64,000 nt of DNA, from positions 32,001 to 96,000 of the IMG/VR virus record IMGVR_UViG_3300046008_000242; one strand, given 5' to 3'. Positions 41,575-51,432 of the stretch are shown here, piece by piece (within the stretch, counting starts at the first letter, position 1; each line of letters begins with the position of its first letter). The notes beneath the pieces are model-generated. The model made no database searches. It was not told the DNA's origin and worked only from the letters and a program-made list of their open reading frames with translations. The translations under genes were made by a program, and so were the position numbers. The stretch comes from a virus. Lineage: Duplodnaviria; Heunggongvirae; Uroviricota; Caudoviricetes.

Positions 41575-43377
41575 TTATCTACTCGATGTGAAGATATGAT
41601 TATACACCCCATTATTACCACTTGTTGTATCTATAATGGCATTTGTTGTTACATTGGCTGGTAAGATTTGTAGAATACCATTTCTTAAACCAACCACATC
41701 GTTAGATCTTGGTGTTATAATCAATTCGAATACAGTTGAATTCAATTTTGATATAGACATTCCCAAAATGTAAATTAGACCCGTCGAATAATTAACAGTT
41801 CCTTGATTTAAAACAACATATTCTTTATTACCATCTTTATCCAATTTATATCTTCTTATATTTCCTTTGGTATCATCATCTAAGAAATAGACGGTATCAT
41901 CTCCAGTTAGATAGAAACCAGTTGATTCCACGGAAACACTTTTATTGTTAATGGGGTTTCCAATTTCCACATTATACGGAGTCAATGTATTGAAATATAA
42001 TGTTACAGGTTTTCTTATCTTTATTGTTGTTATGTTACCTAGAACGGAATTATCAATAGAATCTAATTGTTTGGATAATTTAGAGAACCTAAAGATGGAA
42101 TCAAATTGGGTTAATTCAGTGGAATTGAAATTCAAAATTTCATTGAACGCCAATAATGATATATCAGAAACAGTTCTACTGGTCTTCAATGCATCAAAAT
42201 ATACAGTAGAATTTACTTCGATATTGATATAAGAAGGATCCACGAATTCTGGAACAATACCAATTACATTTTTATTTTTAATGATTTCGGTTCTAATGAA
42301 TGTTTTTTCTGGTGTTGTTAATTTTGTGGAATGTTTAGGTTTTATGCATATAAACACTTTACCATAAACTGGAGGATTATTGTCTTCTCCACCCCAAACC
42401 TTAACGATATCTATATTGGCAAAATTGTGTTTGATTAATATATTGTAATCTTCCACTGTGACTGCTCTATTGTTTGAGTTTAATAATTTCGGCGCATTAA
42501 ATTTAATTTCTTCGATAGATTCTGGTTCTTCTCCACCGATAGAAGGTTGCACCACATGACAAACCGACGTTCCAGAGATTATTTGATTATCGAAAGTAAA
42601 GTATCGAACACCATTGGCTACTGCTTTATTGGTAACAAAGTATTCCATTACAACGATGTTACCATTATCCAACGATTTACCAATCCTATCGTTACCAAAA
42701 TACACTTCAAATTTGTTATCGTATATCTCTTTTAAGAAGAACACTTTATCCGTGGATTTGATGTCAATGATATCAGGGGCTAGATTAAATGTAGTGACAT
42801 CACCACTAGATGAATTTTCCTTCACATAAATCTTTAATGTAGTCAAATCAACATTGGCATTTTGTATGATATATCTTTGATTATCTGCGACAGTTATCGT
42901 CTGTAATAAAGGAACACCTTCTTTGATGGTAAGATTATTTGTTCTATATTGACCGTTGACCAGAGGAATCGAAATAGATTCAACATTATAAAAAGAATAT
43001 GATTTATTGTTGGTAGAACCAGTGAATTGGGAATACTTTGGTAACGTAATAGTTGCGGGGTAAGATATGGTATCTTTGATTATAAGATCCACAATAGCCG
43101 TAGATGATCTAGCGGATCTTGGAATATATCCTAATGAATTTGAGATAGACACTACATTTTGACGTTTCGATGCTGTGTCTAAGAATGATTCATTTAACGC
43201 AAAATTGGTATATAGAGAATTGTAATGGGTGTTATATGCCAATACATCTAATAACATAGACATACCAGCACCTTCGAAATTATAATCTGATACTACAGAT
43301 TGACCTTTCAGGAATTGTTTAAGATTAGTTTTAATAGATTCAAAATCTAAATCAGAGACCGTTATCTGTTGGTTCAT
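41575..43377 (-). CDS. gp6: Baseplate wedge protein (T4 gp6-like)
   Basis: LDFESIK.NLK, DYNFEG, LAYNTHY, RAVT..DY, WGGE...P.YGKVFI. Confidence 0.95.
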   Translation of the reverse strand: MNQQITVSDLDFESIKTNLKQFLKGQSVVSDYNFEGAGMSMLLDVLAYNTHYNSLYTNFALNESFLDTASKRQNVVSISNSLGYIPRSARSSTAIVDLIIKDTISYPATITLPKYSQFTGSTNNKSYSFYNVESISIPLVNGQYRTNNLTIKEGVPLLQTITVADNQRYIIQNANVDLTTLKIYVKENSSSGDVTTFNLAPDIIDIKSTDKVFFLKEIYDNKFEVYFGNDRIGKSLDNGNIVVMEYFVTNKAVANGVRYFTFDNQIISGTSVCHVVQPSIGGEEPESIEEIKFNAPKLLNSNNRAVTVEDYNILIKHNFANIDIVKVWGGEDNNPPVYGKVFICIKPKHSTKLTTPEKTFIRTEIIKNKNVIGIVPEFVDPSYINIEVNSTVYFDALKTSRTVSDISLLAFNEILNFNSTELTQFDSIFRFSKLSKQLDSIDNSVLGNITTIKIRKPVTLYFNTLTPYNVEIGNPINNKSVSVESTGFYLTGDDTVYFLDDDTKGNIRRYKLDKDGNKEYVVLNQGTVNYSTGLIYILGMSISKLNSTVFELIITPRSNDVVGLRNGILQILPANVTTNAIIDTTSGNNGVYNHIFTSSR

Positions 43378-43382
43378 TTATT

Positions 43383-44336
43383 TTACCTCGTTCTTTCTAA
43401 TGTTAGATCTAATGTAATTGGCACTTTCGATTCAACAATCGAGTACGTTATGGATATGTTATAATTATGTTCAACAATTTCCACAGAAATATCATTAACA
43501 TTTGCTCTGGGTTCATAATTTCTAATCACATCAGCAATGGTTCTTTTTATCAATAGATTGGTGACCAGAGAAGGTGTGTCGAATAATAAATTCATACATT
43601 GCGAACCAAGTTTGGAATTAAACGGACGTTCGAAATTGATGGTTTGGATTAAATGTTTTATGGAAGTAGATACGGCATTACTATTTGTTTTGAACATAAT
43701 GTCTGCTGGAGTAGCAAATCTATATTCCATATTGTTGGCATGAATGTTCCTACCAATAAGATACATTACAACATTTTGCATAATTTGTGAAATATCATCA
43801 CTTCTTGTTTTTATTGTGATGTAATCCATATTGTTGTAGATAGTCATCTCACCTTCTAAAGGTTCAAAATAAACACTAGACGGATCTATACCGATTATGT
43901 TATATGGTATCTTTGTACCATCAGGAACATTTTCCGTTTGTAACGTGAAAATTATCTCAGAACCTTCTTGTAATACATCAGCATTTACGTATAATGTATA
44001 TTTCTCATCTAGATTGTCCAATTTGGTGGAAGTGGTCGATGATGATTTAGAGGATAAATCTGTTCCAATTTTATCATACATTATGGTTGATGTTGAGAAT
44101 AAAGCTGGTACATATAGTTCTAATTCTGAATCAGAGATAATGTTTTTTATCTTACCGATAAATGAGTTACTTACGTAAAGATTATCATCTATTTTCAAAT
44201 ATCGAGTGAATTCTGTGTCTTTACCAACAACTATGTTAGATGAATTGTTATATGAAATTAAACCAACACCTTTATATCGTTCCAATGATGAAGGATTTGG
44301 TATTAATGTTAAATCTAGATCTTTGTATATTGTCAT
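43383..44336 (-). CDS. gp25: Baseplate gp25-like protein with ~190-aa internal insertion
   Basis: YKDLDL N-terminus; ERPF...GS, I.NYEPR, LERTR C-terminus. Confidence 0.85.
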   Translation of the reverse strand: MTIYKDLDLTLIPNPSSLERYKGVGLISYNNSSNIVVGKDTEFTRYLKIDDNLYVSNSFIGKIKNIISDSELELYVPALFSTSTIMYDKIGTDLSSKSSSTTSTKLDNLDEKYTLYVNADVLQEGSEIIFTLQTENVPDGTKIPYNIIGIDPSSVYFEPLEGEMTIYNNMDYITIKTRSDDISQIMQNVVMYLIGRNIHANNMEYRFATPADIMFKTNSNAVSTSIKHLIQTINFERPFNSKLGSQCMNLLFDTPSLVTNLLIKRTIADVIRNYEPRANVNDISVEIVEHNYNISITYSIVESKVPITLDLTLERTR

Positions 44337-44447
44337 AATAGTATTGATTCGATTTGTTTTATATTATTTAATGCATTTCTCTAACATTTATAATATATCC
44401 ATTTTATGTGGATATATTGTTGATTAAACAATCTTTTCACTTTGACC

Positions 44448-45700
44448 CAATCAACTCTACATCATGTAAAATAAACGTTGTATATAGTCCAAATATGGAT
44501 GTCTACTGTAAATATAACATATCGAAAGAGTCTTAATGTCAATAGATGAAGATGTTCGACATCGAAAGAGTAATCTTAGACATCGAGTATGTTATTAACA
44601 GAGTCTTAAACTCCTTTCGAAATCTCTAATACTCCATTATGATAGACTATGTCGATCCTTTGAGTTATGTTCTTTAGGTCATTTAATATTACTATATCAT
44701 AACTTAGACGTTTATTATTCATATTATAGACATTCATTTACAACAATATTCTCATATAAAATCTTTCGACTCCATTTAAGCATCCCACCAGATTAGTTTC
44801 TGAGTGGGATTTTTATTGTGTATAATTTACATTATAATAACATAGATTATTCCTTATAGCATCCATTATTTGCCCAATAATCCACTATAATGGAACGTTA
44901 TGTATACAGAGCAATCAACTCTATGTCATACATTTTTATCGTTGTTTAAACTCCAAATATATCCATCTTATGATAATTCAACATATCGAAAGAGTCTTAA
45001 GATGAATCCTTCGATGTTATTGATTCGTCTTAAGCATCGAAAGAGTAATCTTAGACATCGAGTATGTAAACATCAACGTCTTAAACTCCTTTCGAAATGG
45101 TAGAATATCCACTATGATAGACTATGTCGATCCTTTGAGTTATATCCGTTGTCTGCATTTAATTGTTTTTAATATTACTAAGACTCTTATTATTCATTAA
45201 CTAATCATATTAAGACTATCATTTACAACAATATTCCCATATAAAATCCTTCGAACCTCATTTCATCCTGTTTAGAATAATATCTAAACAGGATTTTTTA
45301 TTGGGCGCAATTTATCAATATCCAATCAAGAATATACATTAAACCATCTATTATTTGTCCAATAATCCACTCTAATGGAACATTCCATATATCATCCAAT
45401 CAACTCTACATCATGTATAATTTACGTTGTTTAAACTCCAAATATAGATGTCTACTGTAAATTCAACACATCGAAAGAGTCTTAAGATGTTTCTTTCGAT
45501 ATCTTAATCATCGAAATAGTAATCTCAGACATCGAATGTGTAATATACAAGGAAAGATATTCCTTTCGAAATCTCTAATACTCCATTATGATAGACTATG
45601 TCGATCCTTTGAGTTATGTTCTTTAGGTCATTTAATATTATTATATTCTAGTGTAACTTAGACCCTTATTATACAATACATTTTATTGTAAATAATAGTA
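44448..45700. repeat. ~475-bp non-coding repeat family, array 3 (about 2.7 units)
   Basis: Cores at 44638-44668, 45113-45143, 45587-45617; hairpins at 44782 and 45265. Confidence 0.94.
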
Positions 45701-45728
45701 ACAATAACATATAATTAATGATAAAGGT

Positions 45729-46211
45729 ATGGTAGACATAAAATTCACTAATGTATATTCAGACGAATTGCTAGAGATATACATTAAGATGCGTAAGGCT
45801 AGATATGTTGGTTCCAATAAACATTATTCATCTAAGAGAGCAATAAAGAAACATCTTAAACATATTATCTTACAAAGAAGACAAACAGAAAATCTCTTGG
45901 ACATAATGATTATGACAATTGAAGATAAGATAGTCGGTATGAGTTTCCCTAGATTGACCAAAGATATCGATAAGATATTCTATGATATAGATACAACATG
46001 TATTAAGGTTGGTGCGATATTCGTGGATCCAGATTACAGGAATCAGAACATCGGATATGACGCATGTAGTCAGTTCTTTAAATTGTTCCCAGAATATACT
46101 AAGGTTTGGACTTCTAGAAAATGTAATACCGCGTCTATTGCTCTGGCATTAAAATTGGGATTTGAACGGACTCATGATAAAGGAGATTACGTTATCTTTA
46201 AAATGAGATAA
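45729..46211 (+). CDS. GNAT-family acetyltransferase
   Basis: IFVDPDYRNQNIG and N.AS..LA.KLGF motifs. Confidence 0.85.
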   Translation: MVDIKFTNVYSDELLEIYIKMRKARYVGSNKHYSSKRAIKKHLKHIILQRRQTENLLDIMIMTIEDKIVGMSFPRLTKDIDKIFYDIDTTCIKVGAIFVDPDYRNQNIGYDACSQFFKLFPEYTKVWTSRKCNTASIALALKLGFERTHDKGDYVIFKMR

Positions 46212-46215
46212 AATA

Positions 46216-46282
46216 TCTTTCGATGATTGGGATAACATTTATAATAGATTTCAAGTTGGTGCACCAATGAATTTAAATCAAT
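46216..46282 (+). promoter_or_regulatory. Putative early/middle promoter with conserved leader
   Basis: TCTTTCGATG-N14-TATAATAGATTTCAAGTTGG...CCAATGAATTTAAATCAA, repeated at 63655-63722. Confidence 0.7.
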
Positions 46283-46298
46283 TATCTAAGGGGTTATT

Positions 46299-46691
46299 AT
46301 GGAACATCTAATTATCAGAAATGAACATTTAACATTATTTGAATTGTTGAGTAAAATTGATTCTGGGAACATCGTCATGAATCAATTTTGTAGATACACA
46401 GAATCGTTTGGTAATGTTGATAACATTTTAAATGGATTGTATAATCCCATCGTATGGGTGTTGGAAGATTCGATTGGTGTAAAGACTATCCTGTATAGAT
46501 CTAATTTCTTGGATTTCTTAAGAAGATTCCATACGGATGAAACATCCAATGATTATGGTATTAAATTTAGCAGTATGAATCGAAGAAATCAGAATAAATT
46601 TGAAGATTCAAATTTCACTGTTAAAGTTATATCTTATCATCCTAACATTGATGTCGATAAGGTAATCAGAATGTTAGATTATAACCATTAG
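46299..46691 (+). CDS. Hypothetical protein (weak DUF262-like resemblance)
   Basis: 130-aa ORF downstream of the promoter motif. Confidence 0.65.
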   Translation: MEHLIIRNEHLTLFELLSKIDSGNIVMNQFCRYTESFGNVDNILNGLYNPIVWVLEDSIGVKTILYRSNFLDFLRRFHTDETSNDYGIKFSSMNRRNQNKFEDSNFTVKVISYHPNIDVDKVIRMLDYNH

Positions 46692-46698
46692 GTAATCG

Positions 46699-46732
46699 AA
46701 AGCCGATACAGTTAATTCTGTATCGGCTTTTT
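46699..46732. terminator. Bidirectional intrinsic terminator
   Basis: AAAGCCGATACAG-TTAATT-CTGTATCGGCTTT between convergent genes; related hairpin at 51380-51403. Confidence 0.8.
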
Positions 46733-46735
46733 AGT

Positions 46736-47154
46736 TTAATCCATATACACCAGTAATATATCTTTACAGATACCCGATCTAACGCAGTCGTCGATCGTAA
46801 ATTCAGTTACACCTATCTTTCTAATATCTTTCAATCGATACACCGCATCTGCTAAACCAGATTGTCCTTTTATGTCTGTCTAATGTCACCAGTGATAATC
46901 ACTTTACTGTTATTACCGATCCTAGTTAAGAACATCATCAATTCTTGTTTGGTTGTATTCTGAGCTTCATCGAGTACAACAATAGAATCATTAAATGTAG
47001 AACCCCTCATGTATTCAAGCGGTCGAAATTCGATTACACCTCGTTTGATGTAATACTCGGTAGGACCTTTACCTAATCTACTGTATAGAATATCTTTGAT
47101 TGGTTGGTAATAAGGTTCAATCTTCTCATTTAATTCACCTGGTAGAAACCCATA
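46736..47154 (-). pseudogene. phoH: PhoH C-terminal remnant
   Basis: Not in ORF track. GFLPGELNEKIEPY, YMRGSTF, DEAQN, FLTRIG.NSKVIITGD; frameshift near 46880; no start or Walker A. Confidence 0.9.
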
Positions 47155-47163
47155 TACGTGAAT

Positions 47164-48354
47164 CTAATTCATATAGAATTTATCAACGGTATGTTTCAAT
47201 AATTTTTCTAATGCAATTTGTAATTCTAGCACATTTAAACCCCTTTTCCACTTTCTATCCACTTCCATTATACCAGTATAATTTGTTATATTATAAAAAT
47301 CCTTGATTTCTTTGATATATGAAATCAAGGATCGTTTATCATCTATTGATTTAAACACAGAACTAATCTCGTTTATTCTATATTCATATTCTTTTATCTC
47401 GATTTTACGCTCATCTAAATATTTATAGAACTTGACTGATCCTTCCTCCAGTTTTTCATCATCGACTTGTTTCCAATTAGAGTTATTAATCCCCATAATT
47501 TTACTTGGGTTGGTGACATTATATTTTTCTATATCATCTAGAATTTGTAGGACTAATGGTCTAGTAAATTTTATTTCCAAGATATGTTTCCTTATTTCTT
47601 TACATTCTGGAGTTTGCATATTACTAATGTAACCAGTTTTCTTAAAATTGGTATCTTTACCCTTTTGGATGCATTCTGGAGTTTGAGATGGAGTATAATA
47701 TCCAGTTCTTTCAAAACATGTATCTTTACGTTTTTGGATACATTCTGGATTTTTCATATTATGTGTATATCCGGTTTCCTCAAAATAACTTTGAGAATAT
47801 TGTTCTCTTAATTTCGGATTAGCTAAATTACTAGTGAATCCAGTTTTCTCAAAAACGATATCCTGTCGGGTTTGGATACGTTTTGGGTCTTTCATATAAT
47901 GAGTATATCCAGTTTTCTCAAAATGCGTATTTCTACATTTTTGGACACATTCTGGATTTTTCATATGATGATATGCACTTATTGATATCTTCAACTCTTC
48001 ATATTCTTCTTCGTTGATAAATTTATGTTTACCATCGGTGCATAATCGTCCAAATGCATGAATCATCTTAGCGTGTAAATTACGGGTTAATCCCATCTCT
48101 ATTAACAATTGGTGACATCTGTAATGTTCTCTTGCTGATAGATAGGCATAATTCAATTTATCAGTCACTCCACCCATCTTGAATGATCTAGGTAATATAT
48201 GATGTTCTTCTGCGTACCCTAAAATTACATCCGCTTCTTTTTTAGTGGATGCTCGAATCCTGGCATTAGATACGATGGAGATATACTCTGCTGTTTGTTC
48301 ATTATCTGAACATAATTCGATTATTTTATCGATATAGATATTATTGCTGGTCAT
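47164..48354 (-). CDS. Mob-like HNH homing endonuclease with ~24-aa tandem repeats (copy 1)
   Basis: EEHHILPRS..GG....NYAYLSAREHYRCH; repeats of MKNPEC.QK...T.FEKTGY. Confidence 0.85.
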   Translation of the reverse strand: MTSNNIYIDKIIELCSDNEQTAEYISIVSNARIRASTKKEADVILGYAEEHHILPRSFKMGGVTDKLNYAYLSAREHYRCHQLLIEMGLTRNLHAKMIHAFGRLCTDGKHKFINEEEYEELKISISAYHHMKNPECVQKCRNTHFEKTGYTHYMKDPKRIQTRQDIVFEKTGFTSNLANPKLREQYSQSYFEETGYTHNMKNPECIQKRKDTCFERTGYYTPSQTPECIQKGKDTNFKKTGYISNMQTPECKEIRKHILEIKFTRPLVLQILDDIEKYNVTNPSKIMGINNSNWKQVDDEKLEEGSVKFYKYLDERKIEIKEYEYRINEISSVFKSIDDKRSLISYIKEIKDFYNITNYTGIMEVDRKWKRGLNVLELQIALEKLLKHTVDKFYMN

Positions 48355-48588
48355 AAAATTCCTGTGAGTTTGATTAGAGACAACGGAAGTGTGGACTTCG
48401 CGGTTGTCATTTTTATTTAGTTAAATCGCGTTAAGAAGATAGATTATTCCAAATCCCACCAGAAATTTAATCTGAGTGGGATTTTTATTGGATTCAATTA
48501 TACGTATTCATTCTTAGGATGTATTAATACTTCATCTAAAATAATTCTTTAGATTAAACAGAAATGCATTATAATAGAATCATCTTAT

Positions 48589-48804
48589 ATGTCACCTGGA
48601 GAGTATTATATGTCAATTAAACAATCTTATTTCGAAACATTAAATGCAGCACTTGAATCAGAAAATCTAGTTGATAAATGGAAATTTGGTCTTAACATTT
48701 CTTATGGGCAGACTTTACGCATGATTTCAGAAGACGGTCATCTAATCTCCATATATAGATCCGACACTGGTAGATATGAAAGACCAGTATGGTATAAGGT
48801 TTAA
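48589..48804 (+). CDS. Hypothetical protein
   Basis: ORF after a TATAAT promoter motif; GGAG RBS suggests start at 48610. Confidence 0.65.
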   Translation: MSPGEYYMSIKQSYFETLNAALESENLVDKWKFGLNISYGQTLRMISEDGHLISIYRSDTGRYERPVWYKV

Positions 48805-48926
48805 TATGCAATCTATACATTAATTGTGTCTTAAATTCCATTTAAATGGACGTAGTGGAACGTTTAATGTATATGTCAATCAACTCTACAGGATGTTTAT
48901 TTTAAATCACACTAGAGGCAAATTAG

Positions 48927-49844
48927 ATGGAAATTATATGTGAATCAGAATTTGGTTCTAGATTGTATGGGTTATCCACTCCAGAATCAGACTATGACTA
49001 TAAAGGTGTCATCTTACCAACTAGAGATGAAATCTTACTTGGAAGAACATCTTACCATATCGATAAGTCAACTAATACCAGTTCAACAAAAAACTCTAAA
49101 GATGACGTCGACAGAACCTATTACTCGTTACAATACTTTATTGATATGGCATGTAAGGGAGAAACTGTAACCTTAGACCTCCTCCACGGCAGTCCTGATA
49201 AATTATTACATGAATCTGATATGTGGAGATTCATTGTATCTAATCGCCATCGGTTCTATACAAAGAGTATGAAATCATACATTGGTTACGTCAGAAAACA
49301 ATCAGCCAAATATGGAGCCAAAGGTTCTAGACTTGGTGAGATCGAACGAGTATTAAATGTAATCAATAACATGAAAGATTCTCAGACTGTATCTGATGTT
49401 GAATTAAAGGAATCAGATGTTGTAAGATGGATTGATTATAAGGATAACAGATATTTGGAGGTTTGTGGTAGTAAATATCAAGACAATCTTAAATTGGTTC
49501 ATCTGAAGAAATCATTACAGAACCATTATGATATTTACGGGGAACGATCCAAATTAGCCAAACAAAATGAAGGTGTAGATTGGAAGGCATTGTCCCATGG
49601 ATTTCGTGCTGGTATCCAAGCAAGAGATATTTACTTGAAAGGAGGGTTTGAATATCCGTTGGCAGAATCGAAGTTTCTTTTGGACGTAAAACAAGGTAAG
49701 ATAGACTTCAATGTATTTGAACCAATGTTAGCCGAATTGGTTGAAGAAGTTACATTATTGGCTGGTAAATCAGATTATCCAGAAACTGTTGACAGAACGT
49801 TCTGGGATGATTTCATTAGAGAATGTCATTTAACTAGATTTTAA
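48927..49844 (+). CDS. Pol-beta-fold nucleotidyltransferase (T4 NrdC.11-like)
   Basis: FGSRLYGLSTPESDYDYKG and DWKALSH motifs. Confidence 0.85.
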   Translation: MEIICESEFGSRLYGLSTPESDYDYKGVILPTRDEILLGRTSYHIDKSTNTSSTKNSKDDVDRTYYSLQYFIDMACKGETVTLDLLHGSPDKLLHESDMWRFIVSNRHRFYTKSMKSYIGYVRKQSAKYGAKGSRLGEIERVLNVINNMKDSQTVSDVELKESDVVRWIDYKDNRYLEVCGSKYQDNLKLVHLKKSLQNHYDIYGERSKLAKQNEGVDWKALSHGFRAGIQARDIYLKGGFEYPLAESKFLLDVKQGKIDFNVFEPMLAELVEEVTLLAGKSDYPETVDRTFWDDFIRECHLTRF

Positions 49845-49857
49845 TTGAGGAAATAAT

Positions 49858-50118
49858 ATGAAAGTTGTTGATTTATTTGATTATTTTAATGTGGTTGATT
49901 TTGGTAAACCTCAGGAACATGATGGTCTAGTCCATTATAAGATTAAACGTAACTTGGAACTTTATATTGACGGAGATTTGTACACCCATTACTATATACA
50001 AGATGACGTTGTTACGTTCTTTGGTGGTGAGTTCAATTTCGATATAGGTATAAAAGATAGTTTTAAAAATGATGTTATCGTTAAAAAAATTGGGTTGGGA
50101 TATAAAAATGTTATGTGA
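49858..50118 (+). CDS. Hypothetical protein
   Basis: 86-aa ORF with GAGG RBS. Confidence 0.6.
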   Translation: MKVVDLFDYFNVVDFGKPQEHDGLVHYKIKRNLELYIDGDLYTHYYIQDDVVTFFGGEFNFDIGIKDSFKNDVIVKKIGLGYKNVM

Positions 50119-50190
50119 TAGAACACTTTCAAATATGAGATGTTGATATGTATATATTATGAACGTTGTTGATTTTAATTGAGGATTATT

Positions 50191-50517
50191 ATGATAACAT
50201 TATACGTAGGTAGACCAGAACTAATCGAAGAATGGATTGATTTAAATCATCATGGAATAATCCCAATTAAAAATTTCGGACACGATATGTATTATAAAGA
50301 TATATCGTTTGAAAGATTCAATGAATATAAAGATTGGATTATGTCCACTCAATCGATGGACGTAATAAACGAGTTTATACTGTTAGATAATCCTTCAAAT
50401 AAATTGATTAGGGTTGGTAAATCTTGTCTAACCTCAAATAATGGCAAATTGATTGGTACGGAATACACAAGAGAAGAGCTTCTTGTGATTTATAATGAAA
50501 ATTGGGAGATAAGATGA
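50191..50517 (+). CDS. Hypothetical protein
   Basis: ORF with GAGG RBS before ATG 50191. Confidence 0.6.
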   Translation: MITLYVGRPELIEEWIDLNHHGIIPIKNFGHDMYYKDISFERFNEYKDWIMSTQSMDVINEFILLDNPSNKLIRVGKSCLTSNNGKLIGTEYTREELLVIYNENWEIR

Positions 50518-50705
50518 AAGTAGAAGAACAATGGGTTAAGTTAGTTCCAGTTGATGGATTATATCATGTTGAATTATCATCAAGACAGGAAACAGAATCC
50601 GCCGGCATGAAATATATTATTAACAATAACAAGTTTTTAAACATTATGCATAATCATGATGTCAACACAACTTATTATTCATACTTTGCGAATGAAGATC
50701 TATAG
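50514..50705 (+). CDS. Hypothetical protein
   Basis: ATGA overlap with the previous ORF. Confidence 0.55.
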   Translation: MKVEEQWVKLVPVDGLYHVELSSRQETESAGMKYIINNNKFLNIMHNHDVNTTYYSYFANEDL

Positions 50706-50712
50706 GGATTAC

Positions 50713-51264
50713 ATGAGTTTATTACAAACATTATGTACAAATAAAGAGATACAACAATTTCATATTTGGGACATAGACACATTACTTGAAAACGATTACT
50801 CCATTACACATAGAGTGTATATGACTTGTATCGGTTATTATGATATGTATAATGAAAAATTAGAATTGGAGATTGAAATCAAGGATAATTTATATCATAT
50901 CGAATTCCCAGAAGATGAACGACGAACATCATTTAAAACTGATTCTATCGATGATATTATAAATTCAATTAAACAAGAGTTTCCTGAAGAACAAGTTGAT
51001 GGATCTTTAGAATCACCGATATCTATTATCCAGGATTCATTAAAGGAAACTGGATATAATGTAAAGACGTATATCAATCCAAGACTAGATCCAATAATCA
51101 CTATCTCTATTGAAGGGAAAAATGATGGAGGATTTACATATTCACCATTATCTGTGAGTATAACTAAAGATAAATCTTATGTTGTTGAATATTCTAAAGA
51201 ATCTAATTCTATTGAATATATTCAGACATTATTACATGGTTTAATAACAAGATTCGGAGTTTAA
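50713..51264 (+). CDS. Hypothetical acidic protein
   Basis: Long ORF in the plus-strand operon; internal ATG 50713 preferred. Confidence 0.6.
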   Translation: MSLLQTLCTNKEIQQFHIWDIDTLLENDYSITHRVYMTCIGYYDMYNEKLELEIEIKDNLYHIEFPEDERRTSFKTDSIDDIINSIKQEFPEEQVDGSLESPISIIQDSLKETGYNVKTYINPRLDPIITISIEGKNDGGFTYSPLSVSITKDKSYVVEYSKESNSIEYIQTLLHGLITRFGV

Positions 51265-51432
51265 ATGATTTTAATGACATAACAATACCATATGCATATA
51301 TTGATTATGACAGAAACACATGGCGAACGTTCTAAATTAACCAAACAAAATGAAGATATTGATTGGAAATCCTTGTCAATCGATACAGTTAATTCTGTAT
51401 CGACTTGTTCGTTTTAATTCATATATGTGAAT

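Noticed and set aside
44638-45617. CRISPR array interpretation of the 31-bp invariant core
   Set aside because: Intervals are ~445 bp and homologous to each other rather than unique short spacers; no cas genes in the window.
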